Shown here piece by piece: positions 12,380 through 25,181 of a stretch of 64,000 bases of DNA (the stretch's first letter is position 1; every line of letters starts with the position of its first letter). The stretch lies in the NCBI RefSeq assembly GCF_006345805.1, contig NC_043006.1, positions 7,378,001 through 7,442,000 on the forward strand, in the 5' to 3' direction. The notes under the pieces are model-generated. The model saw only the letters and a list, made by a program, of their open reading frames with translations. It did not search any database and was not told where the DNA came from. Source of the stretch: Octopus sinensis (taxonomy: Eukaryota). The position numbers were made by a program, and so were the translations under genes.

Positions 12380-13019
12380 AAATATATACACATATAAATA
12401 AATGTATATATGCAAATATATACAAATATATATATATGTATACGTATATAGAGAGACGATGGTTATCTCCAAACTGGAAACTTAGCTCGAATACTCGTAA
12501 GAAAGGGATCTCTGCTAGAAGAATACAAATGTGCTTTGTTCTGATGTTAAACCCGGTGTTAGGCTAAGTCTCGCATCCCCGGTGCGATTTGAACTCTGAT
12601 TAGAGAGTTGAAACAACTACCGCAAAGCATCCGTTCATACAATCCCTTATCCACTTTCCTACTTGGTACATTCTTAACCGATCTGAAAAATATCAAACAC
12701 CAATTCGTCAACTCTTTTTAGTTGGTTTCCGAGAAACACTTCATAAGAATATTTACTTGGTGTTTAGCAAACACTGCTTTAGGTGATGTTAGTTAATTTT
12801 AGGGTGCTGTTTATGAATATGAAATCTGCATTACTCCACCGCGTCTACAATTCGATCTACAAGGTATCCTACATACATTTACAGACAAAGTGCCAAATAT
12901 TGTGAACATTGCATGTGATTTATTAATGTACTAAACTACAATTAATCACTTTTAAAATAACAAGATACACTTAGAAAAAAAACACTTACCACAAAAATGT
13001 GACAGTAACATGGAATTCA

Positions 13020-13870
13020 AGAAGAGTGAAGCCAGCAAAAGTCTGCCACCATTTGAGGATGCCCTCACCTTTGGTACCTCGTTCCAATAGCAGTGATTAC
13101 TTGGCGAAATCTTTCACCATGCTCATCACTGCTCATGGCTAAGTCCAATGGAAAGAAATCGAAGTTACTCTTGAAAAAGTGAATCTACAAGGATATTTTG
13201 TCATCCTGTGTACTGAATGAATTTAGATCAACTTGGATTGCCGTATAATTTGCGATCTGGTTCTTTCCTAGGAAGTGTTCAGCTGTCTTTAACTCAACAT
13301 CATAAGCTCGTCGATCAACTTCATTCGATGAATATCTGAACATCTGATTCTTTATCAGTTTGCGAGTGTCAAGTGCAACGACTATGAATTCTTTAATCTT
13401 TGCTTTGCTTAATCGAGGAAAGATATCTTTCAACAACTTGATTCATTACACCAGTGACGTCACGAAATGTTTGAAGATTCCAAATTTAATATGCAGAGGG
13501 GATAACACAGTTAGCTCACGTGAAACTAGTGGTATGTATTGGAGGCTCTTATTCCAGATTTCCCATTCATGACGTAGTGGCCAATCCTGCCGACTACAGT
13601 GCTCTGTCCCACCGGCGCAGAAAGCAGAAAGGACCTTTTGCATCCCTGTTACAAAAACTTATGATGAAGTGACCTTCAGCTCTCCACTTGAAAATTTATA
13701 CCTGATCATGGAAAGTAACATCTTGATAATGTCGTATGACACTTTTACCTTCCTCGAAGAACCCACTGGAATCCCTGAGTATCTATTCCTAGCATGCAAC
13801 AGGACTGTTTTTAAGCTGGAAAACGCTGCCGTCATGATGATTCTTTGATCCTTGAGTTTGGACATAATTG
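13020..13870 (-). mobile_element. Degenerate DNA-transposon transposase, Chapaev3-like (CMC superfamily)
   Basis: Collinear motifs SSLKTVLLH..RYSGIPV, RQDWPLR..PLV..LSPLHIKFGIFKHFV, LKDIFPRLSKAKIKE, FDFFP...SDEHGERF..RYQ...MVADFCW. Family name is from recall, not a search. Confidence 0.7.
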
Positions 13871-14309
13871 ACTACACAGTAACATTGTTACAACACTACA
13901 AAGACTAAATCGGTAACAAACATGTAACAAAATTATATCTCTTCTCAACGACTTCTACAACTTCCTTCACAAATGCGACTGCACACACTACACTGTACGT
14001 CGCACTGTCAGTACGCATGCGCCTTTATACGGTTTAGGACAGTTCACATGCTATCCCACGGGGGTGTCAGGATTTCACCACAACAATGACGATGATGATG
14101 ATGACGATAAGAAGGGAGAGGTGGAGCAGGCGGTGGTGGTTTTGGTGGAAGTGGAATGAAGATGTTGGTTATGTTACCAATTATTCTTTGTTGCGTTTTG
14201 CTATTACATTTGTAGTTTATTTTGGACACAAATATTTGCCAGGTTATTTTGCTTGTCACTTCTTCTATAATGGGTTTTATTTCGTGCCTTGTGTAGTTAG
14301 AGTAAATTA

Positions 14310-14830
14310 TGTTTGAGACTGCTTTTGGTTTCTATGAGATTGACAATTTCTGTGTATAAATGAGAATGTATATTTATGTGAACTTGTGGGATAGGTTTCT
14401 AGAAGATTCTATGATTACTTTGTTGAACGTATGTGCTGCAGTTCTTATGTTGGAGATAGCGGTATTGATGATTTATGAGAACCTTGATCCAGTTCCTTGA
14501 TGGAACTTATTCCATTGTGAATTTTCAGAGCTTCTAAAAGCATGTTTGCTTTCTTATTTGAAGTGCGAATGCATTGCGATTATAATCGATGGGTTGTCCA
14601 AAATAAGATGGATAATTGTTTGGTGTGTTGTGCCTTCTTCATATAAAGAGTAGAAAGCAATGTCTGGGGGGAAAATGTTGTCGTTGGATTTGGTGAGGCA
14701 TGTGTAGGTCGGGGTAGGTTGCTTAGGCTGTCACAAGAAATAACAAGCAAATCTTCTTAAATTCTTGAAAATCGATTTAAAATGGTGGCTACTTGTGTTG
14801 GTATGTAGAAAATGTCATCAGAGTAGCATA
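14310..14830 (-). mobile_element. Highly degenerate L1/Tx1-like ORF2 C-terminal remnant
   Basis: Minus-strand YSLYEEGTTHQTIIHLILDNP resembles the decayed CxxC..ET..HL..CP knuckle. Confidence 0.3.
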
Positions 14831-15229
14831 TATGAAAGTAATGGGCTGGAAATGGTTCAGTGTTACAGTAAATGTTACTTTAAATTCATCGGATGGGTTG
14901 ACAGGAAACACAACTCAACAGAAGAATAGTTACTGGTGATAGTATTGTTATACCCTTTGTTATAGTATCGTTGATGAATGAAATAAAAGAGGATTGTTTT
15001 ATTTTCCACTTCGTTTCTTTCAGTAATTTCTCGATAAGGAAAACTCTTATACATATCTCTGCCTTTTTCTCAGTAACTGAACCATAACACATATTTTACT
15101 TTGGTTTGCAGAGCTTAAAAAATAACCTCATCTCCACAGGCTGATAGAATTCAGTGAGGGCTGCAAAACGTTCTAAATACGAAATGCATAACCTCGGTCT
15201 GTGAAGAGCACCGGAGATGTATTTGTCTT

Positions 15230-16136
15230 GAAGCATTCCTGCATAAAATTACTCACCTCAACCTAGTACTTGATCTGCCTGGATTCTTCTTTTCCACCAT
15301 AAACCTTTCTTTTGTCACTCCCATTATGTTTCTTTCTCTTGACATCGACACCCACAGTTTCTGCTACAACAATACTTGCTGCTTTGATCAAATTATTTGT
15401 TTCTGCGATGTTGTTTGTTCTGATATATTTCAGAATTTCATTGACATTTTTCGTTTCTTGGTTCAATTTCCATCGATCAACATTTTTAATGTCGCTACTG
15501 TTCTCCTGTAGTCTTGCCTTTATTCTGTCGTAGATTGCTTTTTGTTCATCTGTCATATCACCATTAGTTTTATTGTCTTCTTTCAGATCATTTATATGTC
15601 TCTCATCAAGTAAACTACCACTGCTCCTTCCCTGTGCTATGAGATTACTCTTATTAGTAAGAACTGTATTTTCATTCTTATCTATGCTGCTATTGTCCAT
15701 GAACCGTCTTTTGATAGCTTCGAGCTCTACTTCTGTGAACGAACATTTTTTTCTTATTGCTTAATCACATAGTCTCTGTTTGTTCCGTGAGTAGAAACAA
15801 TCCCTTTTCTCTCCAATGATCATACATTGCTCAGGTAGTAACACTCCATGACCACAGCATAAATTTGTTTGTTCCATCTACGCCGTGTGTGGTGGTCCCT
15901 TTCTATATATCGACATGCTGGAGCCGGACCAGAATCTCTGAGTCTCCCGGGTGTAACACTGTCACCATCATTAGCTTCAGTTTCATTACCACCGATATTC
16001 ACAATATTTTGTTTTCTCGTTGTCACTCATATGAGGTCGCAATTATCAGGTTGCGCAATTACCAGCGTTTTTATTGTGACACCATCACTAGATGTATCTT
16101 TATGAGCCCATAAGGATAATCCATCCGTTTCCTTTC
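15230..16136 (-). mobile_element. R4/Dong-clade LINE 5' end (5' UTR + ORF N-terminus), 3'-truncated
   Basis: RRRWNKQIYAVVMECYYLS, WREKGLF..TEQ.RLCD.AIRK...TEVELEAIKRR, KLNQETKNVNEILKYIRTNNIAETNNLIKAASIVVAE. Begins right after the (TAA)n array. Confidence 0.75.
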
Positions 16137-16163
16137 ATTATTATTATTATTATATTATTATTA

Positions 16164-16211
<48 letters not shown>
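16137..16211. repeat. (TTA)n/(TAA)n microsatellite between two Dong-like LINEs
   Basis: Direct reading. Confidence 0.95.
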
Positions 16212-16212
<1 letters not shown>

Positions 16213-17336
16213 TATGTTTGACTTTTGCTTTATGTCTGTACAAGTTGGCTCCAAGTCTCACCCAGAGACCTCAAGAGACAACAGGTTGGAAGTTCTGTGC
16301 CATATATTTGTTTTTTTTTGTTTTTTTGGTGTTGTACTAGTGAATGTCTAATGCATAAAAAAAAATAAAAATAAATAAATAAATAAAAAAAAGTTTGTTT
16401 TAAACCTTGGGATTACATAGAGAGTATTTTGCGTAGGATATGAGCAGTTCCCATGAGCGCTATCTTTTGAATTCCTGCCATTTTGGGGTTTCCTGGTATC
16501 TGAGTTAGGTAGCAATCAGTCCCTTTCGCTATCATTCCCAGGGCACCTATGACAACAGGTATTGTTTTAGTCTTCAGCTTCCACATTTTGCTGATTTCTA
16601 TTTCAAGATCTTTATATTTGCTCAGTTTTTGGTAGGTCTTGACAGATACGTTTATATCGATTGGGACAGTCATATCAATGAGGAGGCATGTTCTTTGTCT
16701 GAAGTCTTTCAATATAATGTCTGGCCTATTTGCATCTATCTTCCTGTCAGTTTGAATGGTGAAGTTCCAGAGGAGTGAGATGTGGTCATTTTCAAGCACT
16801 GGGGGTGGATTGTGTCCCCTCCAGTTTTTTTCATGGGGCAAATCCAGGTTTTTGCAAATTACCCAGTGAATATATTGTGCAGCTCTATCATGCCTACTGA
16901 GGTACTCTGTAGGCGCTAGAAGACTGCATTTGGAGACAGCATGGTCAATGGTTTCATTTTGTTGTCGGCATACACGACATGTTGGGCTACTACCGTTCTT
17001 TAATATGTTGGCCTGGTAGTTTCTTGTTGGTAGGCATTAATCTTGAGCTGCTATGATAAACCCCTCTGTTTCAGATTTTAAGCCAGAGGCCATTAGCCAT
17101 TGATGGGTCAGGGCTTTGTCGATATCTGCATTATTCGCTCTCTTTGGGTATTTGCCATAGAGAGGTTTTTCTTGCCATTTATTATTCAGAATATCTAAGG
17201 CCGCAGTTTTGGCACGGGTTTTCATGCGCCTAGCTTTTTCTGTGCTTGTTTCTTGTATATCTATCTCTAATTCCGAAATTGGGTGTATTCGGAATTCACT
17301 TAGATATTCCTTTGCCTGTTTTGTGACTGAGTATGT
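16212..17336 (-). mobile_element. 5'-truncated R4/Dong-clade LINE: zinc knuckle + RLE endonuclease + 3' UTR
   Basis: SETEGFIIAAQD, CRVCRQQNETIDHAVSKC..EYLSRHD, LWNFTIQTDRKIDANRPDIIL..LLIDMTVP..QKLSKYKDL..IPVVIGALG; one in-frame stop. (TAA)n on both flanks. Confidence 0.9.
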
Positions 17337-17403
17337 ATTATTATTATTATTATTATCATCATTATTATTATTATTATAATCATCATCATCATCATCATCA
17401 TCA

Positions 17404-17436
<33 letters not shown>

Positions 17437-17456
17437 TATTATTATTATTATTATTA

Positions 17457-17975
17457 TTGAGTAAGAGAGCAATGTATGTCATCAGCATGGGGTACAAATA
17501 TACGAAGCCCAATGTGCCCATCATGACTACCCGTCTGATAAGGGTTCATGAGGCAAATGCATCACATTTTTGCACAACATAGTGACGTTTAGTTAGAATT
17601 TTCTTCAGTTTGAGTAGCCCATCCTGTTCTAAAGGTCCCTAAATGAGAGATGTTTAAGGATGATGAATGAAACACCCATATTTTCAGAGGTGAATTATGC
17701 AAACCCTAAGGAATTCCTATCAACACATAGCTATTTCTGCTCGTGATCAGAGATACACATATTGTCAGCCACAAAGGGACATACTCAGCTGGTTATGGTC
17801 AAGCAACTGACAAGCAAATCTGTAGTACTGAGCAGAATATTTGCCATAGCCCCACTTTCTATTCCAAGACAAAACATGTTCAAGATAACACTTCCAATCA
17901 GTTAAGATTAGAAGCCACGAGAGTCACTGCCTCATGGAATATAATCAGGGAATTGTACTGCATCAGTGCATGATT
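17457..17975 (-). mobile_element. LINE 3' UTR, RTE-like, ending in (AAT)n
   Basis: Minus strand ends ...CCCTTATCAGACGGGTAGTCATGATGGG...GCTCTCTTACTC(AAT)n. RTE label is from recall of octopus repeats. Confidence 0.5.
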
Positions 17976-18145
17976 ATTATTATTATTCGCATGCACCACC
18001 GTCGACATATTAAGTACCAGTTGAGTACTGGAATCGATGTAATCGACTTGTCCTCTACCCTAAAATTTCAGGTCTTGTTCCTATAATAGAAAATATTATT
18101 CGCCTGCAGGGTCACATAGGGTGTTGCTGGTTAAATAAAGATTAA

Positions 18146-18378
18146 ACGGTAGAGCTGGCAGAAACGTTAGCACACCGGGCGAAATGCGTAGCCGTATTTC
18201 GTCTACCACTACGTTCTGAGTTCAAATTCCGCCGAGGTCGACTTTGCCTTTCATCCTTTCGGGGTCGATTAAATAAGTACAGTTACGCACTGGGGTCGAT
18301 ATAATCGACTTAATCCGTGTGTCTGTCCTTGTTTGTCCTCTCTGTGTTTAGCCCCTTGTGGGTAGTAAAGAAATAGGT
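18146..18378 (+). mobile_element. SINE family C (core GTCGACTTTGCCTTTCATCCTTTCGGGGTCGAT..AAGTAC, Nin/Deu-like)
   Basis: GAGCTGGCAGAAACGTTAGC A-box, GAGTTCAAATTCC B-box, conserved core and 3' GGGTAGTAAAGAAATAGG. Confidence 0.9.
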
Positions 18379-19027
18379 ATTTAGATATAATTTTAAGTTG
18401 ATATGGTTTTTCTAAAGATATGACCAATACTTGTAAACACAAACCTTTGCATTTCTTTGAGATATAGTTCTCCTGAGATGTTTTCTATTTGTTTCTGGCA
18501 TATATTTTTATCATGCCAAGGATGCCTACAGTACCTGGAACAGTTTTCACTTTAAGATGCTACATCATTTGTACTTCAATTTTCATGTCCTTATATTTAT
18601 GAATCCAGGTCCGTTTATCATTATTACTGTTATTATCAATATTAGCAGATCATCATCGTCGTTGTTGTTGTTCGTGGTGGTTTATACAGAGTACAAATAT
18701 CAAGAATTACAGGTTTATGGATAATAATTTTTCAAAACTGGATGATATTTTGCATGTATAAGCATGTTTACGAGGCGAGTTCAGTTTTTTATTCAATTAA
18801 TTCTCGACCCATTTTTGTGAAAATGGAGAAAGCAAAGAAAAGCAGATATATCAACCACTTTGTTTCCTTTGTTCATGATTTGATTTAACGTTGTTTGGAT
18901 ACCAACACTTTCTGTAATTGGATTACTATTTTCACACGTTTCTGACGCCTATGCCTCTCTTTTACAAGGCGCACTGTTCTTTATTCATTTGCTATTTGTT
19001 AAATAATTCTTTATTTCTCTTTTTTTT

Positions 19028-19425
19028 CTCTTTTACTTGTTTCAGTCATTTGACTGCGGCCATGCTGGAGCACAGCCTTTAGTCGATCAAATCGACCCCA
19101 GGACTTATTCTTTGTAAGCCTAGTACTTATTCTATCGGTCTATTTTGCCGAACCGCTAAGTGACGGGGACGTAAACACACCAGCATCGGTTGTCAAGCAA
19201 TGCTAGGGGGACAAACACAGACACACAAACACATACACTTATATATATATACATATATACGACAGGCTTCTTTCAGTTTCCGTCTACCAAATCCACTCAC
19301 AAGGCATTGGTCGGCCCGGGGCTATAGCAGAAGACACTTGCCCAAGATGCCACGCAGTGCGACTGAACCCAGAACCATGTGGTTGGTTAGCAAGCTACTT
19401 ACCACACAGCCACTCCTGCGCCTAT
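19028..19425 (-). mobile_element. SINE family A, full length
   Basis: Complete reverse-complement match. Confidence 0.92.
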
Positions 19426-19903
19426 TTGAACATATTTCATTATGTTTTTTTTTTCCATTGATAAAACCGTTAAGCCAACCAACAAGCATTTCAGAAAACC
19501 TTTCTACGTACATAAAGCCACAAACAAATGACATCTGATTTTAAAACCCTTGGTGCATATTTAAAAAGTGGCAAACCTCGAAGTTTCAAACAAAATGAAA
19601 TGAGTGACTACATAACTGTAATCAAGACGTCGCTCGGCGACACAGCAACGACAGAAGAAATGTTAACATTGTAATACACAAATACAACAACGAGAAATGC
19701 ACAAATAGAGTTGCTTCTGCCAATTTTACTAAATCCATCTAATTGCTTCAAATATTCAAACTCTCAACATACAAGAAGTACAAACCGAAAATTATTCACG
19801 AATTCATATTGTAGCATAATGAATTCATTCTGGACCAGACAAGAAGAACGCTAATTGATAGTCGTTTTTGTCTTTCCTCTAACGACCAGATAAAGGAGCC
19901 TCT

Positions 19904-20137
19904 TATTTGTTTATTGCCCACAAGGGGCTACACACAGAGGGGACAAACAAGGACAGACAAAAATGGATTAAGTCGATTATATTGACCCCAGTGCGTAACT
20001 GGTACTTATTTAATCGACCCCGAAAGGATGAAAGGCAAAGTCGACCTCGGTGGAATTTGAACTCAGAACGTAACGGCAGACGAAATACTGCTAAACATTT
20101 CGCCCGGCGTGCTAACGTTTCTGCCAGCTCGCTTCCT
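19904..20137 (-). mobile_element. SINE family C with 22-bp TSD
   Basis: Flanked by ACGACCAGATAAAG(G/A)AGCCTCT at 19882-19903 and 20138-20159. Confidence 0.93.
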
Positions 20138-21124
20138 ACGACCAGATAAAGAAGCCTCTATCAGAGTCTAGACAAGCATCCTACTCATATAATACAGCAA
20201 AAGCTGTAACACAACCTACCTCTCATATGAAAGCGCGTATGAAACTTAAAATCTGGAAGAAATTGTGCGCGAAATACACTCATAGGCACGAAGAGCAATG
20301 CAGAATAATAGAAAAGGAATAATTCGGAAGAGAGTGTGTGACATGAACTCTTCAATCGTTTTCACCTTTCTCAGGAAATATGAGCGGGTGATAATCATAA
20401 AACAAACAGAAATATAATTGGGGAGGCGTGGTCAGCATACACTTGAAAGTTCACCTGACTTCCTGAACACAAGGTCATTTCAAAGCTATAATGCGATGAG
20501 GATGATGTGTTAAAGGTCATAGTGATGATGCAGGATAGAAAGTCATGTGGCAGTAAAACACACCTGGAGAGTTTTCTGCAAGAGGATTTTGAAAACAGAA
20601 AAATGACTGAGGGTGCCAATGATGAAAAAGAAGCGCAAGTCCTGAACACTATTTTTGTAGTAACATCCCCAGCTTCACCAAGTCACCGCCCCTCAAATTG
20701 ATGCAAAATCTCACTTCAGTTCTAGAATCAGGATTTGATGAATATTGCTCGATAATAACTGCACCCCATAAAATGCTTAGTAACATCTCTTCTACTTCCC
20801 TTGTGTCGCGAGTTCAAATGCTACCGAGGTTGACTTTGTCTTTCATCCTTTCAGGAGTACTGAGGGCGATGTAATCGACTTCCACGTCCCTTGAAATATT
20901 GAGAGCCTTGTGCCCCAGACTGAAAGCCATTATAAAGTCGGATACCAGAATCGTTAGCCCTCCGTACAAAATGCTTTTACGTTCTGATTTCAAAATCCGC
21001 AGGCTCAACTTTGCCTTCTGTTCTCTCGGGAACGAAAAAAATAAGTAGCAGTCAAGTCCTGAAAGCGGTGTAATTGTCTATATGCCTCCTACTAAATGTC
21101 AGACCCCGTGCCTATAGTAGAAAA

Positions 21125-21129
21125 GATTA

Positions 21130-21184
<55 letters not shown>

Positions 21185-21300
21185 CATTATTATTATTATT
21201 ATTATTTTATTATTATTATTATTATTATTATTATCATCATTACTACTACTACTACTACTACTACACTACTACTACTACTACTACTACTAGAACTACTATT
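21125..21300. repeat. (ATT)n/(ACT)n microsatellite
   Basis: Direct reading. Confidence 0.95.
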
Positions 21301-21404
21301 ATGAAATATTAAATTAAATATTCATTGTTATTATTTTAACAAAATTTATGACAGGAAATTAACTTATTTCTCAGCGCTTAGAAGACAACGTCACAATACA
21401 TCTG

Positions 21405-21745
21405 AGAGAGAGAGAGATGGGGAGAGTGAGATTGAGTGAGTGTGTGAGTGAGTGAATGAGTGAGTGAGTGAGTGAGCGAGTGAGTGAATGAGTGAGTGAG
21501 TGAGCGAGTGAGAGAGTGAGTGTATGAGTGAGTGAGTGAGTGAGCGAGTGAGAGAGTGAGTGAGTGAGTGAGTGAGTGAGTGAGCGAGTGAGTGAGCGAG
21601 TGAGAGAGTGAGTGTATGAGTGTGTGAGTGAGTGAGTGAGTGAGTGAGCAAGTGTGTGAGTGAGTGAGTGAGTGAGTGAGTGAGCGAGTGAGTGAGCGAG
21701 TAAGAGAGTGAGTGTATGAGTGAGTGAGTGTGTGAGTGAGTGAGA
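21405..21745. repeat. (GAGT)n-type microsatellite
   Basis: Direct reading. Confidence 0.95.
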
Positions 21746-22289
21746 GAAAGAAAGAAAACAGAAAAAGAAATTAGCCGTGCGAGAGCGACGAGGTTGAGAA
21801 AGAAAAAAAGAATGAAATAATGACAAAAGGCTCACGTGAAAACCTCTTGAAATCTATCAACGTAAACGATTCATAAATATTCAATATCATATACTGATTG
21901 ATCGCTTTAAGGTCTTCAGTTTCAACACCCACCAATCAAAGTTTTCGTTCGATACATAATTTATCTATATTTATTCATTTATCCACTTCGTAGTAATGTA
22001 GTTGAGTTGGTGAATGAGCGATACCGTGGGAAAATATTTCTAACACTTATTCTATAAATAGCAACATTCGCCTCCTCTCCACTCATGAATGAACTGTGGC
22101 AGAAATACTACTTGAGTAGAAGCAACACTCGAAAATTGCAGTTTCACGCTTGAATATAATGATTATAGAGATATTCCGAAAATTTATATATTTAACATAT
22201 CATTATTACCATCTAATTCTGTGTCTATCAGTTTCTTTGTCTAATTAAATTTCTATCAATTAACTATGTCTGTCAGTGAGTATATGCGT

Positions 22290-22343
<54 letters not shown>

Positions 22344-22349
<6 letters not shown>

Positions 22350-22440
22350 TATATAGAAGGAGCTTCTACAGGACTAGTACTGTTTCATTCCTGGAATGAA
22401 ACAGTACTAGTCCTGTAGAAGCTCCTTCTATATAATAAAT
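22344..22440. repeat. Perfect 97-bp palindrome
   Basis: 48-bp arms, single-base centre T at 22392 (TTCATTCC-T-GGAATGAA); follows (TA)n. Confidence 0.95.
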
Positions 22441-22509
22441 TAATTTTACTCTGCTATGTATTGAGTACCTTACTTACTGTGGTTAACCCCGGATCAACCC
22501 GGGACCTAC

Positions 22510-22573
<64 letters not shown>

Positions 22574-22606
22574 ATATATATATATATATAATATATATAT
22601 ATATAT

Positions 22607-22655
<49 letters not shown>

Positions 22656-22700
22656 CATACATACATACATGTATCTACCTATCTATCTCTCTGTCTGCTT

Positions 22701-23281
22701 AATCGTTAGCACGCCGGGCGAAATACTTAGCGGTATTTCGTCTGCCGTTACGTTGTGAGTTTCAAATTCCGCCGAGGTCGACTTTACCTTTCATCCTTTC
22801 GGGGTCGATAATTAAGTACCAGTTACGCACTGGGGTCGATGTAATCGACTTAAACCTATGTCTGTCCTTGTTTGTCCCCTCTGTGTTTAGAGCCCCTTGT
22901 GGTTATAAAGAAATAGGTATTTCGTTCTGCCGTTACGTTCTGAGTTCAAATTCCGCCGAGGTCGACATTGCCTTTCATCCTTTCGGGGTCGATTCAATAA
23001 GTACAGTTACGCACTGGGGACGATATAATCGACTTAATCCTTTGTCTGTCCTTGTTCATCCCCTCTGTGTTTAGCCCCTTGTGGGTAGTAAAAAAATAGG
23101 TATTTCGTCTGCCGCTACGTTCTGAGTTCAAATTCGGCCGAGGTCGACATTGCCTTTCATCCTTTCGGGGTCGATTAAATAAGTACCAGTTACGCACTGG
23201 GGACGATATAATCGACTTAATCCGTTTGTCTGTCCTTCTTTGTCTCCTCTATGTTTAGCCCCCTGTGGGCAATAAAGAAAT
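22701..23281 (+). mobile_element. SINE family C head-to-tail trimer
   Basis: Units start at GGTATTTCG at 22732, 22916 and 23099 (period 183-184 bp). Confidence 0.92.
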
Positions 23282-23804
23282 CTTTCTATCTATGCATGTA
23301 TCTATGAATATATTCATTTATTTAAATTTTCGTCTTTCGTCACATCTCACAATGCTTTTGTTAGTTTCCACCCTCATTGCTTTCTTTCTGTTTTCATATA
23401 GTTTTGTTCTTTCTTATAAATAAACTTTTAACTTCCCTCAAACAGAAACTCATACACACACACACTCGCGAGCACTTTCTCACAAATATACTTGTTGTTC
23501 CTCATCATTTGTTGTGTTTGTTTGTTTGTATATACAAATGCAAAATAAACGGCTAATAATTTTCATTTCCTTGATAAAATACTTATTTGTATTATTTCCT
23601 TAGAAACGTTCATACTTACATGAGTACATATGTGTATATTTATACTCATACACACACACGGATGTATATATATATATACGGATGTGTGCGTATGTGGAGA
23701 TATTTTCGTTATATTTTAATCTATTCGTAGAAATATTATTATATTCACAGATATGTACGTGTAAATATATCATATTATTATTGAATAATAATACAAAGGA
23801 TGCA

Positions 23805-23903
23805 AATCGACTTAAGCGGAATTTGAACTCAAAACGTAATGACGGACGAAATACTGCAAATATTTTACCCGGCGTGTTAACGATTCTGCCAGCTCGCTGC
23901 CTT
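23805..23903 (-). mobile_element. SINE family C, 5' fragment
   Basis: GGAATTTGAACTC...TTCTGCCAGCTCGCTGCC. Confidence 0.75.
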
Positions 23904-23971
<68 letters not shown>

Positions 23972-24020
23972 TTTATCTTCTTCTTTTTCTTCTCCTCCTC
24001 TTCTTCTTCTTCTTCTTCTT

Positions 24021-24080
<60 letters not shown>

Positions 24081-24168
24081 GTTATTGTTATTGTTATTAT
24101 TGTTATTATTATTATTATTATATTATTATTGTTATTCTTATTATTGTTATTATTATTTCTATTATTAT
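23904..24168. repeat. Compound (AAT)n(CTT)n(ATT)n microsatellite
   Basis: Direct reading. Confidence 0.95.
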
Positions 24169-24840
24169 AAATGCACGGTATCTTACGCGAGAAGTGGAAA
24201 CCAGGCTCAACTTAAGAGTAGTAAGAGCTCTGCAATCTTAGTTGACAATCTTACTAGAGATGCTGTCTCGATAAAAATACCGGTTCTTGGCTAACCTTAA
24301 AACACGTACATCAATGTTGAATGAAAATGGCTATTACTAATGTATAAAATAATGGTGCTAATGTGGCTGGAACGAAAATGGAAAGCCTTTGGTCCGGCAG
24401 GTGCCTGTGGTTGAGCAGCGCAGGCCCGGTCGTCATCCAGAGACTGCTTGTAAAGAAAGCCAGAAGCTTGGAAGAAGGTGGGATAAGGAAGCAAACGGAA
24501 CGGTAATTGAACCCAGGAGAAGAGGGATCCGACAACGAAAGAAAGCAAAATGGAATGAGATAGGACTCTTCGAAAGAAGTGAGCAATGGTTAAGCCGACC
24601 AGGCAAGAGCAATAAGAACAAAAGGGTGGTTAACAGACATAGAAATAGAAGAGATAAAAAGGAAAGTAGAAGATAGAAATAATATTTCACCAACAGATAA
24701 TGAGACCAATGAGAACACAAAAATGAAAGGGGGCAGTGAAGAAGTAGAGCAAAGTGTAAATGTAAATGCATTCTCAGCAAATGAAGAAGAAGTAATGGAG
24801 CTATATCGCAAGAATACGATTATGGTCAACAAGACATACT
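24169..24840 (+). mobile_element. R4/Dong-clade LINE 5' end fragment
   Basis: PRRRGIRQR...WNEIGLF and ADQARAIRTKGWLTDIEIEEIKRKV, homologous to 15720-15900 (minus). Confidence 0.7.
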
Positions 24841-25181
24841 GAGGACCAAGATCAAGTACCCTGCCCCGAACCTGGGGTACATTGGCCGACGCAATTAGAC
24901 AACAATACGTAAAAATTATTATGAAGCAAATACCGGAATAAAAATATAATTAACAGGGAAATGAATGGTTAAATTAATGGTACACATCGCGTTGTCAGTC
25001 ACTTGAACGTAGCACAGTTCCACTTCAGATGATCTGAAGGTAGGTCGTTGGTAAGTTTATAGAGGCTTTAGATTTCTCAATTGATTTTCCTTTTTCTTTT
25101 TGTTTTATTGTCCTGTCAAAAGCCATTACACTATTGTAAACACAACTAACATTTTTACTAGATTTTTTTTTCAGTTTATAG

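Noticed and set aside
20170-20770. Possible pogo/Tigger-like coding remnant
   Set aside because: Looks like decayed coding sequence, but there is no diagnostic motif or TIR I can support.
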